From assembly GCA_964645745.1 (NCBI GenBank), contig CAZXZW010000002.1, positions 5,299 through 69,298 on the forward strand: a DNA stretch of 64,000 bases, given 5' to 3'. Origin of the DNA: an uncultured Bdellovibrio sp. GTDB taxonomy: Bacteria; Bdellovibrionota; Bdellovibrionia; Bdellovibrionales; Bdellovibrionaceae. Position numbers and translations under genes: made by a program. Below are positions 20,611 through 29,282 of the stretch, piece after piece (position 1 is the stretch's first letter; each line of letters begins with the position of its first letter). The notes below the pieces were generated by a model. The model saw only the letters and a program-made list of their open reading frames with translations, did not search any database and was not told where the DNA came from.

Positions 20611-20648
20611 AAAAGCGTAACTATATTAAGTAGTTACGCTTTTTTATT
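20611..20648 (+). terminator. Rho-independent terminator
   Basis: Inverted repeat aaaagcgtaact / agttacgctttt followed by ttttatttt. Confidence 0.7.
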
Positions 20649-20676
20649 TTCATCTCTCTAAAATGAATTTGGACAT

Positions 20677-20710
20677 AAAAAAAGGGCCGGTATTACTACC
20701 AGCCCTTCTC
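20677..20710 (-). terminator. Rho-independent terminator of the Lys-rich micro-ORF
   Basis: On the minus strand: gggctgg / ccggccc stem with one G-U pair, followed by a T8 run. Confidence 0.6.
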
Positions 20711-20740
20711 AGAAAGCGCTAAATCGCTTTTCTAAAAGAA

Positions 20741-20827
20741 CTACTTTTTTTTCTTTTTAGTAGCTTTTTTAGTTGTTTTTTTAGCTGCTTTTTTTGTAGC
20801 TTTTTTTGCTGCTTTTTTCTTAGCCAT
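20741..20827 (-). CDS. 28-aa lysine/alanine-rich basic peptide (histone H1 tail-like)
   Basis: MAKKKAAKKATKKAAKKTTKKATKKKKK, preceded by GAGGAG 7 nt upstream of the ATG and followed by a terminator hairpin. The ORF-track 63-aa version has an implausible N-terminal extension. Confidence 0.5.
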   Translation of the reverse strand: MAKKKAAKKATKKAAKKTTKKATKKKKK

Positions 20828-20989
20828 GGTTTGCTCCTCTTCGATGTTAGTATTTCTACTAACACTGTTGTTGTTGTTTCGACTTTTCAGTCTCCCTAAT
20901 AAAATTGTTCCTAATTTGATCTGTCCCGTCAACTAATTTTTTACGCGCATGATAATTGCGAGGTCCTTTTCATCGTTTGAAAGGATCAT

Positions 20990-21724
20990 ATGACGTATTT
21001 TTTGTTGTCGAGCCTCGGATTTCTTTCCGTTCATCGGATAATGTATCGTCTTGAGAAGTTTTTTTTGATGAATCGAAAAAAATCGACTCTTTCATTCGTG
21101 ATTTTGACATCTCCGATGTATTTTTTTGTGTTTATCAAAGACCATTTTGCGATTCTCATGGTCTATATCGGACTAATTTTGGTAAGCTTGATCTTTTTTT
21201 CGTTTTTTTATGAAATAAAATTAAAAAAAGTGTTCTTAACATCACATTTGAACGTGATTGATGGCCTAATTTTGCAAATTCGTGTTGGAAATTCCACACA
21301 AAAAGCGATTTCGGAGACTTTTTCGCACATGAAAGGCTTTGAAAATATAATTTATGAACCTTTGCGATCGATTTTAAAGCCTGATTTTGACGTTCATGCG
21401 AATTCTTATCGATGGATTCGCTTTTATTTTTCGGAATTGCACCATATTTTTAGATCTGAAAGCCGCGTGGGCGAACAATTAGAGATGTTTAAGCGTGGTT
21501 TGAAAGTTCAAAACCGATTTTTGGCACGCACATCGCATGTCACTCGACAAATTAAGGCGCAAGCGCTCGTCGCATGTCTAGTTTACGGTTTAATTTTCGC
21601 ATTATCTTATTATCAACTCGATCTTTTAAGTTCGCCGACGACCGTTATATTGTCGCTTATGCTTTTCTTGATCGGAATTTTTCTTATTTTTAGGATCGGG
21701 AGTCGAATTAAATGGAAAATATGA
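20990..21724 (+). CDS. Integral membrane protein, possibly T2SS-F/TadB-like
   Basis: Three N-terminal TM segments, a helical soluble segment (VIDGLILQIRVGNSTQKAISETF ... LEMFKRGLKVQNRF), then C-terminal TM segments. The topology resembles the T2SSF domain. The assignment is weak. Confidence 0.35.
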   Translation: MTYFLLSSLGFLSVHRIMYRLEKFFLMNRKKSTLSFVILTSPMYFFVFIKDHFAILMVYIGLILVSLIFFSFFYEIKLKKVFLTSHLNVIDGLILQIRVGNSTQKAISETFSHMKGFENIIYEPLRSILKPDFDVHANSYRWIRFYFSELHHIFRSESRVGEQLEMFKRGLKVQNRFLARTSHVTRQIKAQALVACLVYGLIFALSYYQLDLLSSPTTVILSLMLFLIGIFLIFRIGSRIKWKI

Positions 21725-22134
21725 ATTTACCAGCGTCATTAGTGCTGGTGTGGGATCTGCGGCGCGCGGTTGAACGAAGCCAATCATTACATATCGGCAT
21801 AAAAAGATTCACTGAACGCAATCTAAAGTGCAAATTCGCACTTCAATTTCAAAATTGGTGGCATCATTACCGCTTGAATCATGCCATGCCTGCGATGAAG
21901 TGGACGATGCATCAACGTGTGTTGATTCAATTGATAGAAAAAGGTCTAGCTGGAACTCCAATATATGATTACCTTGTGGATTTAGATGCGCAAATGATCA
22001 ACTCGTGTGAAGAAGATATTGAAAAACACATCTCACTGCTCCCTTTGATTTTGCAAATACCTTTACTTGGTCTATTGTTTCCAGCTATTTTAATGTTGTT
22101 ATTGGTGCCAGCGCTCAAACTCTTGCAGCTGTGA
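21712..22134 (+). CDS. Small membrane protein, possibly T2SS-F/TadC-like
   Basis: Soluble helical part followed by a C-terminal hydrophobic segment, LLPLILQIPLLGLLFPAILMLLLVPAL. It overlaps the upstream gene by 13 nt. Confidence 0.3.
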   Translation: MENMNLPASLVLVWDLRRAVERSQSLHIGIKRFTERNLKCKFALQFQNWWHHYRLNHAMPAMKWTMHQRVLIQLIEKGLAGTPIYDYLVDLDAQMINSCEEDIEKHISLLPLILQIPLLGLLFPAILMLLLVPALKLLQL

Positions 22135-22155
22135 TCATCCAAGGAATAGGACGTT

Positions 22156-22389
22156 ATGCAAAAGAATGCCGTGAAAAGTAATTTAGACAGTATATATGGA
22201 CTGATCAGTGAATTGAGCAGTCATAAACCGAATTCCAAAGTTCTTAAAACACTTTGTGCTGATGCAGGCCTAACTTATGAATCCGATCTTGTTCAATTGA
22301 TGTCAAAAGTACTTGTGGTCGCCAGTTCGTATTCAAAAACCGGTTCGAAAATCAAGAAACCTACAAAATTATTAACATCAGAGGCCTAA
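22156..22389 (+). CDS. Hypothetical 77-aa protein
   Basis: The ORF is tightly packed between its neighbours, with its stop 1 nt before the next start. No motif recognised. Confidence 0.35.
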   Translation: MQKNAVKSNLDSIYGLISELSSHKPNSKVLKTLCADAGLTYESDLVQLMSKVLVVASSYSKTGSKIKKPTKLLTSEA

Positions 22390-22390
22390 A

Positions 22391-23458
22391 ATGAGTCAGT
22401 TATCGATCTCAAATACTATTTTAGACACGATTGGATCAACTCCATTAGTGAAATTAAATAAAGTGATCCCGCAAAAATTATCAAAACATCAATTCTTCGC
22501 CAAAATGGAATACTTTAATCCAGGTGGATCAGTAAAAGACCGTATCGCTTTAGCGATGATCGAAGCCGCTGAAAAGCGTGGTGAATTAAAACCAGGTGGC
22601 TACATTGTGGAAGCGACAGCTGGAAATACCGGTTTAGGCTTAGCTTTGGTAGCAGCTGTTAAAGGTTATAAATGTATTTTTGTTCTTCCAGCCAAAATGA
22701 GCGAAGAAAAACGTGCTTTACTTCGCGCTTACGGAGCTCGTGTGGTGATTACACCGATGGGGGTGGAACCAGAAGATCCAATGAGTCACTATTCAGTCGC
22801 TAAAAAAATCGCAATGTCGATCAAAGCGAAAACGAATAACTGTTTCTATTCGAATCAATATCACAATTTAGATAATATGGACTTACATTATAATGTAACA
22901 GGTCCTGAACTTTGGAATCAAACTAACGGAGAAATCGACGTGTTTGCCGCCGGAGTGGGAACAGGCGGAACATTATCTGGTGTAGCGAAATATTTAAAAG
23001 AGAAGAAAAAAGATATAAAAATTCTTTGCACAGATCCTGTGGGAAGTATTCTTTACGATCTTTTCTATCACGGTAAAGTCGTAGATCCTCCAGCATCATA
23101 CAAAGTGGAAGGCGTCGGCGAAGATATGTTGCCTGATAACTGTAAATTAAATCTTTACGATGGTTTCGTTAAAGTGACAGACCAAGAGGCTTTCACGTTA
23201 ACTCGTAAATTAGCGACAGAAGAGGGTCTTTGTGTAGGTCCGTCAAGTGCGTTGATCTTAGCGGGTGCGATGAAACACGCTGAAACTTTAGAAAAACCAT
23301 CTCGTATCGTGGTGGTGATGCCGGATTCGGGTAAATCTTACTTAAGTAAAGTATTTAACGATAACTGGATGGTGGAAAACAAACTTGAATCAGCTGAGAA
23401 TATCAAATCAGCCTTCAATATTGAAGTTCCCGCTCAAGAAGAAATGAAAAACTACTAA
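22391..23458 (+). CDS. PLP-dependent cysteine synthase / cystathionine beta-synthase family enzyme
   Basis: NPGGSVKDR (PLP Lys), TAGNTGLGLA and GVGTGGTLSG loops. No C-terminal CBS pair. Confidence 0.9.
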   Translation: MSQLSISNTILDTIGSTPLVKLNKVIPQKLSKHQFFAKMEYFNPGGSVKDRIALAMIEAAEKRGELKPGGYIVEATAGNTGLGLALVAAVKGYKCIFVLPAKMSEEKRALLRAYGARVVITPMGVEPEDPMSHYSVAKKIAMSIKAKTNNCFYSNQYHNLDNMDLHYNVTGPELWNQTNGEIDVFAAGVGTGGTLSGVAKYLKEKKKDIKILCTDPVGSILYDLFYHGKVVDPPASYKVEGVGEDMLPDNCKLNLYDGFVKVTDQEAFTLTRKLATEEGLCVGPSSALILAGAMKHAETLEKPSRIVVVMPDSGKSYLSKVFNDNWMVENKLESAENIKSAFNIEVPAQEEMKNY

Positions 23459-23479
23459 TATATAGATATAGAGGCTTAT

Positions 23480-24649
23480 ATGTCAGAAATTAAAGATAAA
23501 ATGAAGTTTGCAACACGCGCGATCCATGCTGGTCAAAATCCAGATCCTACAACAGGCGCGATCATGACGCCGGTTTATTTAACATCTACGTATGTTCAAG
23601 AATCTCCGGGCGTTCATAAAGGTTGGGAATATTCTCGTACTCACAATCCAACTCGTAAAACTTATGAAAATTGTATCGCTAATCTTGAATCAGCTAAATA
23701 TGGTTTTGCTTTTGCCTCAGGTTGTGCGGCGACGACAACGATTATGGCGATGTTAAAAAGTGGTGATCACGTTATTGCCATGGATGATATGTACGGCGGT
23801 ACTTTCCGTTTATTCGATAAAGTTTTACGTCACCAAGGTTTAGATTTTACATTTACCGATTTAACTCAGGTTTCTAATTTGGAAAAAGCGATTAAACCGA
23901 ATACGAAATTACTTTGGTTAGAAACTCCGACAAATCCCACTTTAAAATTAGCTGATATTAAAGCTTTATCTGCCATCGCGAAGAAAAATAACATTCTTGT
24001 CGTAGTAGATAATACGTTTATGTCTCCGTATTTCCAAAAGCCAATGGAATTAGGTGCAGACATCGTAGTTCACTCAGCAACTAAATACATCGGTGGTCAT
24101 AGTGATATGGTTGGCGGTGTTGCGGTGATGAATGATCCAAAGCTTGCTGAAAGAACTCAGTTCTTAAGTAACTCGATGGGTGGTATTCAAGGACCGTTCG
24201 ATTCTTTCTTAGCGTTACGTAGTTTAAAAACTTTACCGATTCGTATGAAAGCTCACGCAGAAAATGCGATGAAGATCGCGGACTTCTTAGAAGCTCATCC
24301 GATGGTTGAAAAAGTTGTTTACCCAGGATTGAAATCTCATCCACAACACGCCCTTGCAAAAGAGCAAATGTCTGGTTTCGGTGGAATGATTACGTTCTTC
24401 ATCAAAGGTGGATTTGATTCAGCGAAGAAATTCTTAGAAAGCGTTCAAGTGTTCGCGTTAGCGGAATCATTAGGTGGGGTTGAATCTTTAATTGAACACC
24501 CGGCGATCATGACTCACGCGTCGGTTCCGGCAGAACAGCGCAAAATCCTAGGAATTGATGATTCTTTAATCAGATTATCAGTGGGTATTGAAGACTGTGA
24601 TGACTTATTAGCAGATTTAAAACAAGCCTTCGCCCAAATTAAGCTCTAA
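23480..24649 (+). CDS. Cystathionine gamma-lyase/gamma-synthase family (Cys/Met metabolism PLP enzyme)
   Basis: YSRTHNPT, DNTFMSPYFQ, HSATKYIGGHSD (PLP Lys), SLGGVESL. Confidence 0.9.
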   Translation: MSEIKDKMKFATRAIHAGQNPDPTTGAIMTPVYLTSTYVQESPGVHKGWEYSRTHNPTRKTYENCIANLESAKYGFAFASGCAATTTIMAMLKSGDHVIAMDDMYGGTFRLFDKVLRHQGLDFTFTDLTQVSNLEKAIKPNTKLLWLETPTNPTLKLADIKALSAIAKKNNILVVVDNTFMSPYFQKPMELGADIVVHSATKYIGGHSDMVGGVAVMNDPKLAERTQFLSNSMGGIQGPFDSFLALRSLKTLPIRMKAHAENAMKIADFLEAHPMVEKVVYPGLKSHPQHALAKEQMSGFGGMITFFIKGGFDSAKKFLESVQVFALAESLGGVESLIEHPAIMTHASVPAEQRKILGIDDSLIRLSVGIEDCDDLLADLKQAFAQIKL

Positions 24650-24662
24650 TTTGGGAGAAGTG

Positions 24663-24691
24663 TTGACTTAAATTGCTGAAATCGTTAATTT
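24663..24691 (+). promoter_or_regulatory. Candidate sigma70-type promoter for tRNA-Phe
   Basis: TTGACT (24663-24668), a 17-nt spacer, then TAATTT (24686-24691), about 47 nt upstream of the tRNA 5' end. Confidence 0.3.
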
Positions 24692-24738
24692 TCTAGTTCA
24701 CTTTGTCGAGGCCATTTGGCTTCGCCAAAATCCAGAAT

Positions 24739-24814
24739 GGCTCGGTAGCTCAGTTGGTAGAGCAGAGGATTGAAAATCCTTGTGTCGGCGGTTCAATTCC
24801 GTCTCGAGCCACCA
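24739..24814 (+). tRNA. tRNA-Phe (anticodon GAA), CCA encoded
   Basis: Cloverleaf read by eye. Acceptor GGCTCGG/TCGAGCC, D-arm TAGCTCAGTTGGTAGAGC, anticodon loop TTGAAAA, T-arm GGCGGTTCAATTCCGTC, discriminator A plus CCA. Confidence 0.95.
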
Positions 24815-24857
24815 TTCTCTTTTTCACTTAAATTTTGTATCATTAAGATTTTTAAAG

Positions 24858-25490
24858 TTACTTCATTCCACCCACGAAGCTTGTGTCCTTATTGGATCTC
24901 ATTTCTATTTCGGCCCAGAAGCGTCTTTGTGAAAAATCCTCAAAATATTCAGGATTTAATTTTAAAGGTCTGATAGTCCCACCAAATTCATTATGGCAAA
25001 TAATACCTACCAATTGATCGAGTTTAGAGTCTGCGCTTACAGTACCTAAAATGATTGTATTTTCAGAATGAGGTCCACATAAATTATTGAATTCTATATC
25101 GAGCTGCTGTTTGTTCTCAGGCGTAAGTATATTCAAAAAAGAGTGAGCTGTTAATGAAATGAACTTTTCATTTTTAAAAAATAGTGAGGCTTTATGTGCT
25201 CCTATATCGTAAATCTCATCTATTTGAAAAAGTTTTTTCTTTTCCACATAAGCCCAATAGAGCGTTTGATTTTTGATTGTTGCACAGTCTTCGCAAATTG
25301 ATTCGATTACTTTACAATAATGTGAATTTCCACAGGTTTCCACACAAATTTTATCATTAGCTGTACAAGATATAACAATACTTTTTTCTAGAACTTGACT
25401 ATCCGAAAAACCGACAACGCTCTCAAAATATGCTGCTTGAGAGTAGACAGTAGTAGAAATTAAAAGAATAAAGAGAATGAAATTTTTCAT
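24858..25490 (-). CDS. Secreted Cys-rich hypothetical protein (210 aa)
   Basis: Signal peptide MKNFILFILLISTTVYSQA, 8 Cys including the cluster SCTANDKICVETCGNSHYCKVIESICEDC. 1-nt overlap with the upstream gene. Confidence 0.65.
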   Translation of the reverse strand: MKNFILFILLISTTVYSQAAYFESVVGFSDSQVLEKSIVISCTANDKICVETCGNSHYCKVIESICEDCATIKNQTLYWAYVEKKKLFQIDEIYDIGAHKASLFFKNEKFISLTAHSFLNILTPENKQQLDIEFNNLCGPHSENTIILGTVSADSKLDQLVGIICHNEFGGTIRPLKLNPEYFEDFSQRRFWAEIEMRSNKDTSFVGGMK

Positions 25491-28015
25491 TAATTAACCT
25501 CGCATGATTGAATATCTTTATCGTTTACGCTTAAGTGAAAACGACTACCATTACTCGAACATTTCATTTTTACACTGACTGGATTTTTACAAGATTTTGA
25601 AATGAAAGTTGCTTGTACATATTTGTCAGCGCGACGTTCACTTTGTTTTAAAATAACAGCATCTGTAATTATTCCTGTTTTGCTTTCAAAATCTTTTTTC
25701 GCTAATTCCTCACATGCGCTAGGTGAGCAATTTAGACCACGGGCTAATAAAGGCACGCACTTTTCAGGAATTTCCCCGTATTGCTTGTAAGTATCCACGA
25801 GGTAATCAACATTTATATTATACTCACGTGGGTTAAGAACATCGCTACGTCTAATATTTCTATATCTCATAATGCTTTCGAACAACCTTACAGCAGATCT
25901 GAGTGGTGAAAATACATTTAAAAAAGAAACTGTGCTTACTTCTTTGAAATTCAAAGCACATTCTACACAACCTTTGTAGTTTGATTTAATGAGTTTCTCT
26001 GTTTGATCAACAGAAGATCCTACGCTAGCAACAGTTTGAGTTTTGCTCCCTTTGCAAGCCTGAACATTTATACCAGAGAAAAGTAGGCGATTGTTCGCTG
26101 CATTTTTGTCATAATTAGCAGTCGAGATACTGATAGAACAAGGCACATTAACAAACGAACCTAAGCTTAGTGCTAGGCTTTTCTCAGATTGTTGCTTGAA
26201 ATCTAAATCAAAAGTAATTTTACCACTTTCTACAAGTTTATTAAAAGAAACTAATTCTTTAGGTTTATATTGGACATCCAAGTAAATAGGTAACTGTGTC
26301 CAACCGAACAATACTGATGTTCCTATGTCAGTTAGCAATTGTTTGTTGTTTAAACGATTAATCTCAAAAGGGTCATAGATCTTACAAGCCACTTTATCAG
26401 CACGATCATTAAATAATGGACTAGATACAATTTGTGTTCTTAAAAAACTACGCGAATGGATGAGAAGTTTATTAGTTTCTACAATACTCTCTGTCATTTT
26501 TCTAAAGCAATCGATAGCATTTTCACACAAATTATTAATATAAGTTTGATTTTTAACTGTAGGTAAAACTTCATTCTTTTCAACTTTTTCTTCAGTATTC
26601 ATAAGGGCAGAAATAATCTGATAGCGACTTAAGAAGTTTTTATACCATTTAGCGTATTTATTCCATACGGCCTGATCTGTTTCAGTTTCAGCAATTCTTG
26701 TGTCAAAATTATCACAAATTTGAGTTAACATAGGAATAACTGATTTATGTGCTAATACAATTTCATGAACTGTCATTCCATATTTTAAATGTTGATCAAA
26801 AACAGCACTATTTTTTTCTAAATTTTCTAGATCCGTTTTCATTAAATTTAAAGGCTGCTCCTGAGTAAGTAAGCGATGTTCAGAACAAAGATAGTGCGCA
26901 AATTCTTTATTATTAGAGTTCGAGAATTCCATTTCTAAATCAGATTTAAGTTGAGATAGGGTTTTTTGCGTGAAAACAGAACTATAGAGCTTGTTTGCTT
27001 TATATAAGTTTTCAATGTTTTTAGATGAAAAACTCATGTAAGATTTCTGAAAATCAGAAATCCATCTGTTTTCGCCTGATTTAGCAGCCATTTCTAAACG
27101 AATCGATTCATCAATTTTATCTGTGTTGTCTGTCAATAAATCTTTCATTTCAAGAGATGAACTCGTCATTTCTAGTTTTGAACGATCAGTTGTAAATAGA
27201 TTTTTTAACTCTGTTGAACTTAAAAATTGAGAACTACATTCAGGTCTTTCTACACTTTTGCAACCATTAGAAATAATAAGTGTTTGCTCTTCGAATGGAA
27301 CTAATTTTGTTAAATTATCTAAGTTTGAATTCGGTAATGATTTTACGTCGTTAATTCTCCAGGCCTGGCTTAAATAAATTTTAAAACTATCCCAAAAATC
27401 AAAACCAATCGAATTCCAATTTTTTTTGTTTTTTATATTAACTAAATCAAAGTTGAATACAGGATAAAGTTCAATTTCAGTCGTAATGTTTTGGCTTCCA
27501 CAATTAAGTTGATTTTGATCAGTCGAGTATTGTTTAGCAAGTTCGGTTAACGCATCTTTAGTCACGCCGCGGATAAACAAATTTGAGTATTTTGTATTAA
27601 TTGCATTTACTTGCAAACAGTTAATTTTTTCAAAATGATTAACTAAATTAATCTTTTTTAAATTTTTCAAATTATATTCAGCTTCCGATTTTGATTTAAC
27701 AAGCGGAAGTTGACCAGAGTTCATTAAGTTAAAAATTTCACTTGAAAGAAATACTAATTTTCTTTTATAAAACTGAAGACCTTCTCCGACAAAGGTAGCT
27801 GGATCTTTTTCAGTTTGTTTAGCAATGTTATTTAAAATGATTCCTGTGCTTCTTAGAGATGCTGTTATAAAAACGGATTCTGTAGGCTTAGCCATATCAG
27901 CTGCGCACTTAGGCGTATTCACTATATTTAGCATTTCATTTTGAGACTGTGAGTTCTGTCCTAATGTTATGCTGGCAAAAATAGAGATAAGCGTGAAATA
28001 GATGATTTTGTTCAT
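25490..28015 (-). CDS. Secreted large hypothetical protein (841 aa)
   Basis: Signal peptide MNKIIYFTLISIFASITLG. Asn/Lys/Ser-rich with about 20 Cys. No recognisable motif. Confidence 0.7.
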   Translation of the reverse strand: MNKIIYFTLISIFASITLGQNSQSQNEMLNIVNTPKCAADMAKPTESVFITASLRSTGIILNNIAKQTEKDPATFVGEGLQFYKRKLVFLSSEIFNLMNSGQLPLVKSKSEAEYNLKNLKKINLVNHFEKINCLQVNAINTKYSNLFIRGVTKDALTELAKQYSTDQNQLNCGSQNITTEIELYPVFNFDLVNIKNKKNWNSIGFDFWDSFKIYLSQAWRINDVKSLPNSNLDNLTKLVPFEEQTLIISNGCKSVERPECSSQFLSSTELKNLFTTDRSKLEMTSSSLEMKDLLTDNTDKIDESIRLEMAAKSGENRWISDFQKSYMSFSSKNIENLYKANKLYSSVFTQKTLSQLKSDLEMEFSNSNNKEFAHYLCSEHRLLTQEQPLNLMKTDLENLEKNSAVFDQHLKYGMTVHEIVLAHKSVIPMLTQICDNFDTRIAETETDQAVWNKYAKWYKNFLSRYQIISALMNTEEKVEKNEVLPTVKNQTYINNLCENAIDCFRKMTESIVETNKLLIHSRSFLRTQIVSSPLFNDRADKVACKIYDPFEINRLNNKQLLTDIGTSVLFGWTQLPIYLDVQYKPKELVSFNKLVESGKITFDLDFKQQSEKSLALSLGSFVNVPCSISISTANYDKNAANNRLLFSGINVQACKGSKTQTVASVGSSVDQTEKLIKSNYKGCVECALNFKEVSTVSFLNVFSPLRSAVRLFESIMRYRNIRRSDVLNPREYNINVDYLVDTYKQYGEIPEKCVPLLARGLNCSPSACEELAKKDFESKTGIITDAVILKQSERRADKYVQATFISKSCKNPVSVKMKCSSNGSRFHLSVNDKDIQSCEVN

Positions 28016-28136
28016 ATAAGCTATTATGCATACTGAAAGCCAAAGAATCGTTTCGCTTTGAAGCAGCTATATACGCTATGGTTAATTTAAAATAAGAGCT
28101 GTCATATCGCCGCCAAAAGAATAAAAGATCGACGTA

Positions 28137-29282
28137 CTATTTTGAGAAACCCCAACGTTTTGCGATTGTGTCATTAGGATTAGAAGAAATTGTTTGAGAA
28201 TTCCAATTGTTCACAAGTTCGCCTAAGGATCTTAGTTTACTATCAATTAAGAATTCATTCTCTGTCTGTGCCTGTGACCATTTCAGAACCATTTGACCTG
28301 CTATCTGATCATCTGAGCTGTATACATTTTGATTATTGTAAATTAATTCAGTAATTTGAATGATTAAAGCTTGTATGACGGCGTCTCTGGAATAAGTGCT
28401 GAAGTTGTAATAGCGCTCGCTATCAACTGCGCAAGTTGATTTTCTGCACTCTCTAGCTCCTGTTTCGACAGATTGAATACGCTCATCAATCCTTTGAGTT
28501 AAGTGTGAAATAATATGAATCAACTTACTGTTTGAATCTACAGGATGACCGATGAGTTTTGTTGTCACGAAGTCATCAAAATTCATCTTGAGTATATTAA
28601 ATTGTTCACTTTTGTCTGATTCAGAATATTGAGGATATGAAAATTCACTTTTTTCAAGTTTAGGCCATTTAAATTTATAAAAGCCTGATACGTATTTACT
28701 TGGCCATTTAGTTTTTGCAAACGGATACTCAAGAAGATCACGTACAATCCGAGGAGAAGTAGAAGACATTAAAGTTATAGGAGGGGAAAATCCATTTAGA
28801 TTAACATTAGAAACCCATTCTACATGGCTTGAATTCATATAAAGAATCCCGGGTTTAACAGTGCTCGCATTTATGCTAATGGGTTCAAGATCTTTCATGA
28901 GACTATTTGTGTTTGTTGAATTTTGTATCCAATCCAAAGCAGCCAAAAATCTTTGGTCTGAATTCCAAGACAATCCTTTTTCTATTTTGTTCCATTGAAA
29001 AGATAAATTACTAATTTTTGTTCCATTTGTTAGCGTAGCTAAAGCGGGTAGTTTGTTTTCATAAGCATAGATCCAACGAATAGCTATAGCTGCATCAGCA
29101 CAATCAGTTTTTAGCTTATGAATTCTAAAAAACGATGAATTAATGTTTTTTTTAACCCAATTCGAATATGCAGTTTCAGCTTGAACATCCCAATTTTTAT
29201 CAGAACTCCAAATTTGAGCATGAACTAAAATCGATGAAAAACAAATTAAAAAAAACAAATTAAAGTATTTCATTACTGACAA
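28137..29282 (-). CDS. Secreted hypothetical protein (381 aa), possible papain-like Cys/His fold
   Basis: Signal peptide ending VHAQ. KTDCADAAIAIRWIYA and, about 85 aa later, PGILYMNSSHVEWV resemble NlpC/P60-type Cys and His segments. This is speculative. Confidence 0.6.
   Translation of the reverse strand: MSVMKYFNLFFLICFSSILVHAQIWSSDKNWDVQAETAYSNWVKKNINSSFFRIHKLKTDCADAAIAIRWIYAYENKLPALATLTNGTKISNLSFQWNKIEKGLSWNSDQRFLAALDWIQNSTNTNSLMKDLEPISINASTVKPGILYMNSSHVEWVSNVNLNGFSPPITLMSSTSPRIVRDLLEYPFAKTKWPSKYVSGFYKFKWPKLEKSEFSYPQYSESDKSEQFNILKMNFDDFVTTKLIGHPVDSNSKLIHIISHLTQRIDERIQSVETGARECRKSTCAVDSERYYNFSTYSRDAVIQALIIQITELIYNNQNVYSSDDQIAGQMVLKWSQAQTENEFLIDSKLRSLGELVNNWNSQTISSNPNDTIAKRWGFSK

Noticed and set aside
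24770-24973. 67-aa ORF overlapping the 3' half of tRNA-Phe.
   Set aside because: It starts inside the tRNA gene and runs into the 3' end of the convergent 210-aa gene. It is an artefact.
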